Shown piece after piece: positions 29,709 through 41,701 of a stretch of 64,000 nt of DNA. This DNA is from Paramoeba atlantica (taxonomy: Eukaryota > Protista > Discosea). Made by a program: the position numbers and the translations under genes. Below the pieces are notes generated by a model. That model was not told the DNA's origin. It did no database searches and saw nothing but the letters and a program-made list of their open reading frames with translations. The stretch spans positions 1 through 64,000 of the forward strand of contig CDRNVI010000188.1 of assembly GCA_977017575.1 (NCBI GenBank). Direction: 5' to 3'. The number at the start of each line of letters is the position of its first letter. Position 1 is the stretch's first letter.

Positions 29709-32700
29709 TTATTGTGTTAGTTTCCGGGGGAACAAGAGTTTGTTTTGCTTGTACACAAGCTGCCAATTCCAAAATGAACTCTCGAAGTACAACTACGACC
29801 TATTGTTTCAAAAGAAAAAACATCAGAAGAGTTTCACAAAGAAAAAGAGGGGAAAAAAGGTGATCACCTTTATCCAAGAATGTTCAACTTTGAGTTCAGA
29901 GGGTTCAGATTCATCTCGGTCCATATCCAACCTGCAATTGGATTCAGAAAAGAAATTGATTCAAAGAAAGAGAAAGAGTCTGACAGACAAAAACCTTGCA
30001 AGTTCATACAAAGTCGAAAAATCTTGAGTTTCTTTTGCTCTTTGTTCGACTTGTTTAATTAATTTCCATAAAATGTGATTTAAAGAGGGAAGAGAAGAAG
30101 AGGGCGAAGAGGAAGAAGAGGAAGAGGAAGAGGGTGAAGAAGAAGAAGGAAGAAGAAGACAATGTAAAAGAGGGATTGGAGTATGTGTCAGTATCGAAAG
30201 AATAGAAGTCAACATTAATGCCTCTTCAAGATGAAGCTCTAAAAAAGAAAAGGAATTCAGAGATAATTCAAAACTAATTCAATAAAAAGAAAGAGAAAAA
30301 ATTCCAACCTAAAAGTTTCTCGATTTTTTGAAATATCGTCACCAAAAAAGGACCAATTTCTCTTTCCATCTCTGTTTCTGAGTCAACTTTCTCATCTTCC
30401 GTCTTTCCCTCTGTTTTTTTTATTGAATCATCAGACTCTCGAAAGTAGAAAAACACCACAGTCTCATAACACAAAAAAGAGCAAAAAAAAAAACACAACA
30501 ACAAGAAACACAAACAATTCTTCAGCATTTTTTTTGCGACAAAAGGAAGAATGATCACCAACTAACCACACATACAACTAACAAACACAAACCACTCACC
30601 ACGATATACCAACAATCTGAACTAATTCACAAACAACCACAAAAAACAATTACTGAACAACAACAAACAAACAAATCCCCCCAAATTAACCAAAACAAAA
30701 CAAACAAAAAAAGAAATACCAATGGTGAGTGTTTCAGGTTTATATTGCCAGTTGTATGCTGGGGAAACTTCACCGAGAAGAGAGAAAGAATCTTCAAGAT
30801 AATCATCAAAAGCATTTGCTGTGAAGAAAAGAAAAAGAGAGGGAAAAAAGGGAGGAACCAAAGGAGAAAAAGAGGGGGGAAAGGGGAGGGAAAAGACTGT
30901 CAATAACAAGAGAAAAGAAAAGAAAAAAGTAATAAGAGAAAGTGAGACAATCTAACCTTCTTCACTCATATCACATTGTTGAGGATTACATATACTTGAA
31001 AGTGACCGATACATCTAATGAGAAACATAAATTGAAAAAATGAAAAATTGATATTTTCAACAGAGAAAAATAACAAAGAGAAAGAATTGTTAAATAAAAA
31101 AAATTCGAAACAAATTTTGTGGAAAAAAGAAAAAAAAAATACTTCGATCAATTCTTCTGTTGTTTTTCGATAAGAATCGCCCGTAGGGAGGGGACTGAGA
31201 GGGGAAAAAAAATGGTCAAGATTGGAAAAAAGGACAGACAGACAAGAAAAAAGAAAAAAACTTACAATGAATGAACTGAAGAAGAAGAGGAAGAGATATA
31301 TTTCCAGATTAAGACATGAAAGACGTGTTGATTATGGAGAAGAAGTAACGAGAGCCATAATTTTAATGTGCAGGTCGCAAGTGAAAAAGATGGATCTATA
31401 TAAAATTTGATCAATTCAAGAAAAAAAACATCAATAAAATCCAACAATCAAAAAGCATAACAACAACAACCCCAAATAAAAACATCAAAAACAACAACTA
31501 ACAATCAAACAACAACAAAAAACAATCAAACAACAATCACACAAAAATAAACAACAAATAACAAAATAACAAAATAACCATTTATTCTTTGAAGTAAAGT
31601 TCGCATTAATAATTCTTGAACCTAACGAACAATCAAATCAATAAACCAACGAAAAAGAAAGAAAGAAAGAAAAGAAAGAAAGGGAAGAAAGAGAAGCAAG
31701 AAGACCAAACTTGAGAATAACTTGGTAATTCAAGACCAGAAAGAAGAAAGGGAGAAGGTCCAAGTAATAATGCAAGCAATGTATCTGACAACCTTCGAAT
31801 TCGAACCTAAATTGACACACCATTTAGTAAAAAGAAGAGAAAAGAAGGAAAAAAGAAAAGAAAAGAAAAGAAAGGTAAAAAAGAAAGAAAAAGAGAAGAG
31901 AGAACCAACAAATAAAAAGAAAAAAAGAAAAAATAAACCTTCTCAAGATCAGGACTCCCATTTTCAACAACTTGAAGTTCACGAATCATATCTCGTAAAG
32001 AGACAGTGGCGACATGAATAGGAACAGTATTTGGGCTATGAATAAAAAATCGAAAATAAAGTTAAATTTTGAAAAAGGAAGAGTTGTGTTGGGTATGGAC
32101 TTTTCGGTTCAATAATTGGGTCAAGGAATGGGTTAGGGTCAGGTTTTAAAATTGTGAGAAAGAGATGAACCTCAGCAAAGAAGAAATAAACACAGAGTTC
32201 AAAAAAGTGTGAGAGAGCTCGTGAAGAAAATTTTGCAAAATCGAAAGGCCACTATTCAAAAAAAATTCAGAAAAATAGAAAAGAGTGCTGAACAAATAAA
32301 AAATACAACGCAACAACCAACAAGAACAAAAAAAACAATCCAAAATAGGAGAAGAACAACAGGAACCAACACAACAATACAACAAAAATAAAAACAAATA
32401 CCATTCAACAAAAAAAAGAGAAGTAAAATAAAAAAATGATTTAAAACCTGACAGAAGAAAGAGCCACTAAAAATCGAAATCGATTGAAAAAATTTTCATA
32501 TTCTGACAACCCTTGAACATTATCTATCTCACTATTTGGAGAATTCAAGACTCTTTTGAAAGATAAGGTGAGCAAATTAAAGAAATAAAGAGTAGAAAAG
32601 AAAAATCAAAACTGGTTCGCAGAAGAAAGGAGATCTTTAAAATCACAAGCCATCCCTTCCGCAACTAAATTGAAAAAATAATCGATCAGACCACTCACAA

Positions 32701-33956
32701 AACAGAAACAACACATCATTTTCAATCAACAAACACATTCAAACTCATCAAATAAAAAAGAAAAACCATCATTTCCAAAACCAGATGAAGTAATACTTTG
32801 ATTCAACCTTGGATCATGAGTCGAAGCGGTTGTAATTGCACTTAACACTTGAACCATCCCTCGTCTATTTGTTATTATTGTTAAATTATTATATTCCTCC
32901 AATTTAATAAATTTCTTAAATGATAAAAGCACGAAAAATAATTGTTTTCATTTCAAAAAAAAAAAAGCATAAAAAAGACCTGCTATTATCTTCTGCCATC
33001 TTTGTGTACTTTAATCTCCTTCTTAACCCTTGAAAGAGAGCAAACTCTAGAGTATCAGAGACCAAAAAAGACACTAATACAGGCTAAAAAAAAAGAAGGG
33101 GTGAGAGTTTTCTTAAGTGAAATCACTCATTTGACGATTTGGTGTATTTTGTTAAAAGAGAAATGGAAAAAAGAGAAGGAGAAAATACCTCTCGACTTAA
33201 TTTTCCACAAATTGCTCCAAGAATTGCCCAAAACTCGAATGACTACAACAAAAATCTTTCAATAATCTTCAAAGAGAAGATTTTTCTTTTTTTAAAAAAA
33301 AAAAAAAGAACAGACCTGGACATCTTCTGGTGAATTAACTGAAGAAATCAATCGATTAATTGCGTTGTGCATGGTAACATGAGGAAGCAATGGTCGTGAG
33401 ATTCCTTTTAAAAGAGTTGCAATTGCCAAAACAACCACTCTTCGAATCCCTTTTGGTCGATCTTCAACACCAAGTCGACAGAGAGTTTCCAAGATTTGTT
33501 CTCTTAAAACATATTCGAGACAATCTATTCAAAAAAAAATTCAGAAAAATGATCAAAGAATTGACAAAGAAAAGAGAAGAAATCATTGAACCAGTTGTGG
33601 TACTGTCTCCTGATGCCATTTGCTCCCCTGCTACGATCCCGTCTTCTTCTTCGAGTAACACCTGAAATTGCATTTTTGGGTTGAGCAAAAACAAAAACAA
33701 ATGAAAAAGAAAAAAATGAAATGGACCTTCATAATTGTATGGACATGTGTTTCCATCTATTTATCCCAAAATATTAAAAAACAAAATAACAAAATAACAA
33801 AAGAGAACAAAAAAAAACCTCCCCATCTTCCACATCAATCGCACCATCAATCACAAATCTCCGAATCGATTGCCACCTTTGTCGAACAGTTTCTTGTGGC
33901 GATCTGACTGAAGGGGCAACCCACTCCCCAATCCCATTCATCAACCCCCCCCACAT
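29709..33956 (-). CDS. FHF complex Hook-interacting protein, FHIP2/FAM160B-like
   Basis: CLEYV...LETLCRLGVEDRPKGIRRVV...LLPHVTMH (RAI16-like N-domain). C-domain IGPFLVTIFQKIEKLL...PIPLLHCLLL and terminal VVVLREFILELAA, stop TAA 29711-29709. Confidence 0.85.
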
Positions 33957-34309
33957 GGCGGTTGGTTGGATGATCGAAACAAAAAAAAAAGAAAAGAAAA
34001 GAAAAAAGACGAACGAACTCGAACAAACTTGAAAGAAAAAGAAAAAGAAAAAGAAACGCAAAAAAAAAAAAAGAACACGTCACCACCATTTCTTTATTTA
34101 GATAAAACATGTGAAATAATTCACTTTATTTGGTATAATTAGGTTTGTTTGTTTTTTGTTGGGGAATCCTCTCTGTGAGATGGAGAAAAGAAAATGGATG
34201 AGGAAAGAGGGTTTAACGAAAGGAAAAGGAAAAGAAAAAGAACCAAATGAAAAGTTGACAAGATAGTTTCAGAAGAAATGGAAATACAGTCAAACATGAC
34301 CATTCTCTC

Positions 34310-35721
34310 TCAACTGACCTCCAAGCGAGGCTTTTTGTTGGTATTCTCGTTCTGAAAAGAACCAGTTCGAAAGTTCTTTCTTTTTTTGGTTCCTTCTTCT
34401 TCCTCTCCCCCTCGTTTTGCAGGTTTAATTGAACCATCAATGAGAACAAATTCCTTTTTTTTTGTGAATGAAAAGTTTGGACATGAACGATAATAATTTT
34501 TTTTGAACAGAAAAACAACCTCGAGAAACTTCTTCAGTGGTTCAGAGGATGCTAAATCAACCGGGGTCTTTCCCTAATTCTTTTTCTGAGAAATTTTACC
34601 ACAGAATTTACCAACTAAAAGAACCCATACACACAACCTTTGAATCTTTTGCTTGAGTGTCAGCACCATATTCACATAAGAGCTTCACAAGAGCAAAATC
34701 CCCTCTGAAAGCTGCAAGATGAAGACAGGTTTTACCATCCTGGAGAAAAAGATGTCAAAAATAGAAATAAAATTATAAAATTTGAAGAGAAAATGAAACC
34801 AGATCTGTATGAGTGATATTAGCACCTCTCTTCAATAAAAATTCAGCAACATCTACCCTCTGCCATGAAGAGCGACTCAGAGCGATCAAAGGTGAAATAC
34901 CATTACAGATTAGATTGACATCCACTCCAGATTCAACAAGAGTTTGGACCACAGGTAAAGAGAGTTTGGTAGACTCACAAAGGTCATGGAGAACACTTTG
35001 ATTCTGAACAAAAAACGTGAATCCTTATGTCATGTTCAACAAAATGAGATTGACTGCTGCTGCTGGAAGGACAACAAAAAACCTCAAAAGTGTTTTCCGC
35101 TCCATTTTCCAAAAGCAATTCAATCATCTCAATCTTTTTAGATTGACAAGCAACAAAAAGAGGTGTCCGAGGTTGATAGTAATAGGAATAATTGGGGGAG
35201 GTCCCATTAATTGGGCAATTCTTCGATATCAAGAACCTTGCAAACTGAAGGTTTCGGTTTTCACAGGCACAACAAAGAGGGGCAACTGTTATTTCCTACT
35301 CATATTTTAGTCTTTAATTTTTTTAGATTCAAAAAAAGAAAAAAATGAAAAACAAACAAACCCCTTCCAATTTTTCAATCATGTAAGAGAGAATTTGTGG
35401 GTCATACTCCGAACAACCAACAATCGCCCCATCTTTTGTTCCACGTTGATTGTAACTTGAGATTCTCTTAATATCTGCGCCATTTTTGATTAAAATTTCG
35501 ACCATTTCAACATCACCTCTTTGACAAGCAAGTTTCAACGCACAAACTCTCTGAAAAGAAAGATTCAACAATTGGGAGTGAGAAGAGAAGATAAAAAAAA
35601 AAAGAAAACAAAAAAAGACCTGTCCTCGAGGAGTGTCATTGAGACCGTACTTAGTTTGAAGGAGAACTTGGCGAGCTTTCTCACAATCCCCTCTTCCAAC
35701 AGCTTCAAACAACTCTCGCAT
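34310..35721 (-). CDS. Ankyrin-repeat protein with an IKPAKR-containing basic tail
   Basis: ALKLACQRGDVEMVEILIKNGA, TPLFVACQSKKIEMIELLLENGA, TCLHLAAFRGDFALVKLLCEYGA and GKTPVDLA. Last exon EFVLIDGSIKPAKRGG...KKPRLEVS*. Confidence 0.88.
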
Positions 35722-35827
35722 GAAATTTTTGAGGGTCAACTGGACCCAAAACCAACAAAAAAAAACAAAACAGAAAGGAAAAGAACAGAGTTTTTCCAAA
35801 AAAAGGTTAAAAAAAAACAACAGATCC

Positions 35828-36869
35828 TTATTTGGTGATATGATGCTGTGTTTGGTTTTTTGTCATTTGTTTCTTCCCTTTTCTTCCTCTTCCTCTTCTT
35901 GGTCTTGGCGGTTTTGGTGGTTTGGGGAAGAAAGGAACTGGGTTTTTCCCTGCATGGTCGATTGCCCAAGTGACATTTCGATCGAGGATATTTTCAAAAG
36001 GAACAAATTTGTTAAACATGTCCCGAAATACCAGAAAAGAAGACCCCACAAGATCAGAATAAGGGTAAATGACCAACGGAACTCCGTGTTGTTGGCAAAT
36101 ATCAACCCAAGTTTTGTGAAATTCTTCATTCGTGATCTTACAATAACGAGGAAATCGATTGGAGCAGCTTTTCAACACATCTTCTCGATGGATTGAGATT
36201 ACCCCAAGAACAGAACGAATCTGAAAAAAGTCCTCAATCGTGGCTGGAATGATTGGGTGATGGTTTTTGACAATGACTGGGTCTTGCGGTAATGCTAAGC
36301 GAACAAGTTCTTGGAGTTCCTTTCTTGTCATATCTTTCACTCGATTGATCTGGGAAAGTGTCTGGAAATTGGTAAAGAATATGTCCAATTTTCCACCACG
36401 AGGGGGACCAGAATAAGTGAGATTATCAGGAGTTAAAAATCCAAATTCTTGAAAGACAGCTTCAGCTCCAATTCCCCGTGCTAACTCCCAAACCTTCAAA
36501 AACAAAAAAAAAAGAAAGGTTAATTCAATAAAGATAGATTAGTCTGCTGATATTTGAGTCTGGATGAGTTTTTTTTCTCTCTCTTTTTGTGTGTTTGTGG
36601 TGGAACTTCATTTTTTTTTGAAAAAAAACGATGATTGATACCTTCCAGACAAAAGTGCTGCCAGACGAGGGATAAGTAGAGAGAAGGATTGTTGGAGTCT
36701 TTGGGTATGGTGGTTGTGGAACTCCCTCCGATTGAGGTTGAACCACCCATTGATACGTCCCACCGGTTTTGTTCGAGATGAACTGTTGTGAGAAGCTGTT
36801 GCGAAAGAAGAGAAAAAAGAAAAGAGGAACAAGAAGAGAACAACACAAGTCCCTCTTCCTCCCAGACAT
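35828..36869 (-). CDS. Sulfotransferase (WSCD-like), copy 2
   Basis: TPTILLSTYPSSGST, intron, then VWELARGIGAEAVFQE...PVIVKNHHP...YPYSDL. Confidence 0.75.
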
Positions 36870-37039
36870 CAAGAAAAACAGTTCAACCGAAACACGTCAG
36901 CTGGTGGGATGTCCCCCCTTTTTTCGGTGTCCCCTCCACCGTTTTTCTCTTTCTTTTTTTGAGAGCGAACGTGTTGTGTTTTGTTGTTTTCTGTTGTTTG
37001 TTCTCCTCTCCTCTCTCTCCACGTTTCAACAACTACGAA

Positions 37040-38037
37040 ATGTGGAGAGTTGCTCTTCTTCCTTCTCTCTTCCTTTTCTCGATTTTTTTTTGTTGTGTTC
37101 ATCAACAAACCCTCATGTCCAACTACACTGTCGATGAGGGTTACAGCTGGGTGGTTCCCCCTCCATCTGGTGTTGTTGCACGACCACCATACAGGAAAAC
37201 TCCAACAATCCTTCTCTCTACTTATCCGTCTTCTGGAAATACTTTGATCTGGAAGGTTCTCTCCTCTTTTTTTTTTTGAAAAAGTATTTGGAAAAAGAAA
37301 AAGAAAAGTGGATTCTCCACCAAAAGAAATTCTCATTCGTGTTTTAGATGTGGGAGTTAGCAAGGGGAATTGGAGCTCAAGCTGTTTTCAAAGAGTTAGG
37401 TTTTTTGACTCGAGACGGTCTTGCATTTGGAGGTCGACCTCATGGTGGAAAATTGGATCTCTTATTTGATTCAAAAAAACCAGTTGATGTGGGGAATCGA
37501 GTGAGAAATATGACAAGAGAGGAACTCCAAAAATGGGTTCGTTCAGCGTCACCTCAAGAACCAGTCATTGTAAAGAACCACCATCCAATCATCATAGCAC
37601 GAATACCAGAATTTTTTCAACGTCGGTCAATTCTTGGAGTAATTTCTACGTTTCGAGCTGATGTTATCGAAAGTTGTTCTCAACGTTTCATTCAATATTG
37701 TAAAATCACAAATCATGAATTTCACAAAACCTGGCATGATATTTGTAGGAAACACAAAATTCCTTTGGTTATTTATCCTTATTCTGATATGATGAAGAAT
37801 CCCTTTGTGGTATTTCGAGACATGTTCGACAAATTTGTTCCTTTTGAAAATGTTTCTGATAGTAACATTGATTTTGCCATTCAACATGTAGCAACTGACC
37901 ACAAGAGTTCTTCGCAACAACAACGCCAGGCCCCTCTTCCACCAACAAACCATGCTCATCCCAAAACAGCAACATCACCAACAAAAGGTTCCCACAGGAT
38001 TGCCCCAGAAATGCTTTTTGGGAGAAAGAAACATTAG
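37040..38037 (+). CDS. Sulfotransferase (WSCD-like), copy 3
   Basis: Exon 1 37040-37255 (signal peptide, STYPSSGNT), phase-0 intron, exon 2 37348-38037. Confidence 0.78.
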
Positions 38038-38354
38038 AAGTCTCAAACAAATGTTCGAAAAGAACAAACAACAAAATAATTTCAAAGAACAAAAACAAAA
38101 AACATAATCCTCACTTCAACTGGAATGAATTTAATTAATGATTTCATTGGACCAGAACACAAGCCAAATCAAAGAGAGAAATCAAAAAGTGGGTTGTCCC
38201 TCACGCTTTTCGGTGTCCCCTCCACCGTTTTCTCTTTCTTTTTTCAGGGCAAACTGTCTTCGCCTCTCTTTCCTTGGGTGTTGTTTTGTGTTTTGTGTTT
38301 TGTGTTTTGTTTTTGTTTGTTCTCCTCTCCTCTCTCCACATTTCCAACGAGACA

Positions 38355-39416
38355 ATGTGGAGAGTCGCTCTTCTTCCTTCTCTCTTCCTTTTCTCGATTT
38401 TTTTTTGTTGTGTTCATCAACAAACCCTCATATCCAACTACACTGTCGATGAGGGTTACAGCTGGGTGGTTCCCCCTCCATCTGGTGTTGTTGCACGACC
38501 ACCATACATGAAGACTCCAACAATCCTTCTCTCTACTTATCCGTCTTCTGGAAATACTTTGATCTGGAAGGTTCTCTCTTTTTTTTTTTTGAAAAAGTAT
38601 TTGAAAAAGTATTTGGAAAAAAAAAAAGAAAAGTGGATTCTCCACCAAAAGAAATTCTCATTCGTGTTTTAGATGTGGGAATTAGCAAGGGGAATTGGAG
38701 CTCAAGCTGTTTTCAAAGAGTTAGGTTTTTTGACTCGAGATGGTCTTGCATTTGGAGGTCGACCTCATGGTGGAAAATTGGATCTCTTATTTGATTCAAA
38801 AAAACCAGTTGATGTGGGGAATCGAGTGAGAAATATGACAAGAGAGGAACTCCAAAAATGGGTTCGTTCAGCATCACCCCAAGAACCAGTCATTGTAAAG
38901 AACCACCATCCAATCATCATAGCACGAATACCAGAATTTTTTCAACGTCGGTCAATTCTTGGAGTGATTTCTACGTTTCGAGCTGATGTTATCGAAAGTT
39001 GTTCTCAACGTTTCATTCAATATTGTAAAATCACAAATCATGAATTTCACAAAACCTGGCATGATATTTGTAGGAAACACAAAATTCCTTTGGTTATTTA
39101 TCCTTATTCTGATATGATGAAGAATCCCTTTGTGGTATTTCGAGACATGTTCGACAAATTTGTTCCTTTTGAAAATGTTTCTGATAGTAACATCGATTTT
39201 GCTATTCAACATGTAGTAACTGACCACAAGAGTTCTTCGCAACAACAACGCCAGGCCCCTCTTCCACCAACAAACCATGCTCATCCCAAAACAGCAACAT
39301 CACCAACAAAAAAAGGTTCCCACGGGCTTGACCTCGAATTACTTGGGAGAATTGGTGTTTCTGTGAAACAGCATAAATCCCAAACAAATGTTCGAAAAGA
39401 ACAAAAAACAAAATAA
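38355..39416 (+). CDS. Sulfotransferase (WSCD-like), copy 4
   Basis: Exon 1 38355-38570 and exon 2 38673-39416; near-identical to copy 3. Confidence 0.78.
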
Positions 39417-39702
39417 CTTTAAAAAGAACAAAAACAAAAAACATAATCCTCACTAAAAACTGGAATTTAAATTGTACAATTAAAAACGATTTCATTGGAC
39501 CACACAACATCCCAAATCAAAGAGAGAAATCAAAAAGTGGGTTGTCCCTCACGCTTTTCGGTGTCCCCTCCACCGTTTTCTCTTTCTTTTTTCAGGGCAA
39601 ACTGTCTTCGCCTCTCTTTCCTTGGGTGTTGTTTTGTGTTTTGTGTTTTGTGTTTTGTTTTTGTTTGTTCTCCTCTCCTCTCTCCACATTTCCAACGAGA
39701 CA

Positions 39703-40767
39703 ATGTGGAGAGTCGCTCTTCTTCCTTCTCTCTTCCTTTTCTCGATTTTTTTTTGTTGTGTTCATCAACAAACCCTCATATCCAACTACACTGTCGATAA
39801 GGGTTACAGCTGGGTGGTTCCCCCTCCATCTGGTGTTGTTGCACGACCACCATACAGGAAAACTCCAACAATCCTTCTCTCTACTTACCCATCTTCTGGA
39901 AATACTTTGACCTGGAAGGTTCTCTCCTCTTTTTTTTTTTTGAAAAAGTATTTGGAAAAGTATTTGGAAAAAAAAAAAGAAAAGTGGATTCTCCACCAAA
40001 AGAAAATCTCATTCGTGTTTTAGATGTGGGAGTTAGCAAGGGGAATTGGAGCTCAAGCTGTTTTCGAAGAGTTAGGTTTTTTGACTCGAGATGGTCTTGC
40101 ATTTGGAGGTCGACCTCATGGTGGAAAATTGGATCTCTTATTTGATTCAAAAAAACCAGTTGATGTGGGGAATCGAGTGAGAAATATGACAAGAGAGGAA
40201 CTCCAAAAATGGGTTCGTTCAGCATCACCCCAAGAACCAGTCATTGTAAAGAACCACCATCCAATTCTCAAAGCACGAATACCAGAATTTTTTCAACGTC
40301 GGTCAATTCTTGGAGTGATTTCTACGTTTCGAGCTGATGTTATCGAAAGTTGTTCTCAACGTTTCATTCAACATTGTAAAATCACAAATTATGATTTTCA
40401 CAAAACCTGGTATGATATTTGCAAGAACCACGAAATTCCTTTGGTTATTTATCCTTATTCTGATATGATGAAGAATCCCTTTGTGGTATTTCGAGACATG
40501 TTCGACAAATTTGTTCCTTTTGAAAATGTTTCTGATAGTAACATCGATTTTGCTATTCAACATGTAGTAACTGACCACAAGAGTTCTTCGCAACAACTAC
40601 TCGATTCCCATCTTCCACCACCAAATAATCTTCATCTCAAAGCAGCAACATCACCAACAAAAAAAAGTTCCCACGGGCTTGACCGAGGATTACTTGGAAG
40701 AATTGGTGTTTCTGTGAAACGGTGGTTGTCTCAAACAAATGTTCGAAAAGAACAAAAAACAAAATAA
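39703..40767 (+). CDS. Sulfotransferase (WSCD-like), copy 5
   Basis: Exon 1 39703-39918 and exon 2 40024-40767; third ~1.35-kb tandem unit. Confidence 0.78.
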
Positions 40768-40959
40768 CTTTAAAAAAGAACAAAAACAAAAAACATAATC
40801 CTCACTAAAAACTGGAATTTAAATTAAACAATTAAAAACGATTTCATTGGACCACACAACATCCCAAATCAAAGAAATCAATTTGAAAGGAGCAACTTTG
40901 TTCGTCGATAAATCGAACAATGATTTAAAAAATCGACTATTCGATATTCTTCATCAAAT

Positions 40960-41032
40960 AGTCCAATAGCTCAGTCGGAAGAGTGCCTGCTTAACACGCA
41001 GGAGGTACCCGGATCGAAACCGGGTTGGACTA
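40960..41032 (+). tRNA. tRNA-Val(AAC), copy 1
   Basis: AGTCCAA/TTGGACT acceptor stem, CCTGC-TTAACAC-GCAGG anticodon arm, CCCGG-ATCGAAA-CCGGG T arm, A73, followed by a T-run. Confidence 0.93.
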
Positions 41033-41170
41033 ATTTTTTCCTTTTTTTTCTCCCTCCCTTTTGGTTTGTCATTTTTGAGCTGGGAAAAGAATTGTTGAAT
41101 TTTCTGTCAAAGATTTTCCATTTTGAGTTTTATTTTCTATTTTTTTTTCGTTCTTTGAGCTCATTTCTGA

Positions 41171-41496
41171 AACTTTGTGAACGAAAGAATTCTTTTTCTG
41201 TCCAACTGAAGGTCACCCAAAACTCAGCATTGTTATTTCGGAAAAGTCCAATAGCTCAGTCGGAAGAGTGCCTGCTTAACACGCAGGAGGTACCCGGATC
41301 GAAACCGGGTTGGACTATTTTTTTTCTCCTTCCCTTTGTGGTGGGAAAAGAATTATTGTTGGATTTTCTGTCAAAGATTTTCCATTTTTTTTGAGTTTTA
41401 TTTTTCTTTTTTTTCTTTGAGCTCATTTCTTGAACTTTGTGAACAAAAAATTCTTTTTCTGTCCAACTGAAGGTCACCCAAAACTCAGCATTATCA
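41171..41496 (-). pseudogene. Two internally deleted duplicates of the DOT1 last exon (41171-41231 and 41429-41496) between the tRNA-Val genes
   Basis: AACTTTGTG...TCTGTCCAACTGAA...AAACTCAGCATT matches 41707-41822. The second remnant reads FSWTEKEFFVHKVQ versus FSWTDKELNFYVHKVQ in the intact exon. Confidence 0.75.
41245..41317 (+). tRNA. tRNA-Val(AAC), copy 2
   Basis: Identical 73 nt to copy 1. Confidence 0.93.
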
Positions 41497-41505
41497 TTTC
41501 GTAAA

Positions 41506-41578
41506 AGTCCAATAGCTCAGTCGGAAGAGTGCCTGCTTAACACGCAGGAGGTACCCGGATCGAAACCGGGTTGGACTA
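41506..41578 (+). tRNA. tRNA-Val(AAC), copy 3
   Basis: Identical 73 nt to copy 1. Confidence 0.93.
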
Positions 41579-41701
41579 TTTTTTTTTGTTTGACTCGGTT
41601 GATCTTTTTTTCCTTTGTCCCAAACAAAGATCATACAGTCTTTTTTTGAAGGTTTATTTTCTCTCTTTTTTTCTTTCACTGAGCTCAAAAACCATCACTC
41701 T

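Noticed and set aside
32115-32135. GGGTTAGGGTCAGG telomere-like motif
   Set aside because: It is a single short occurrence that appears to lie within an FHIP coding exon (KPDPNP on the minus strand), not an interstitial telomere array.
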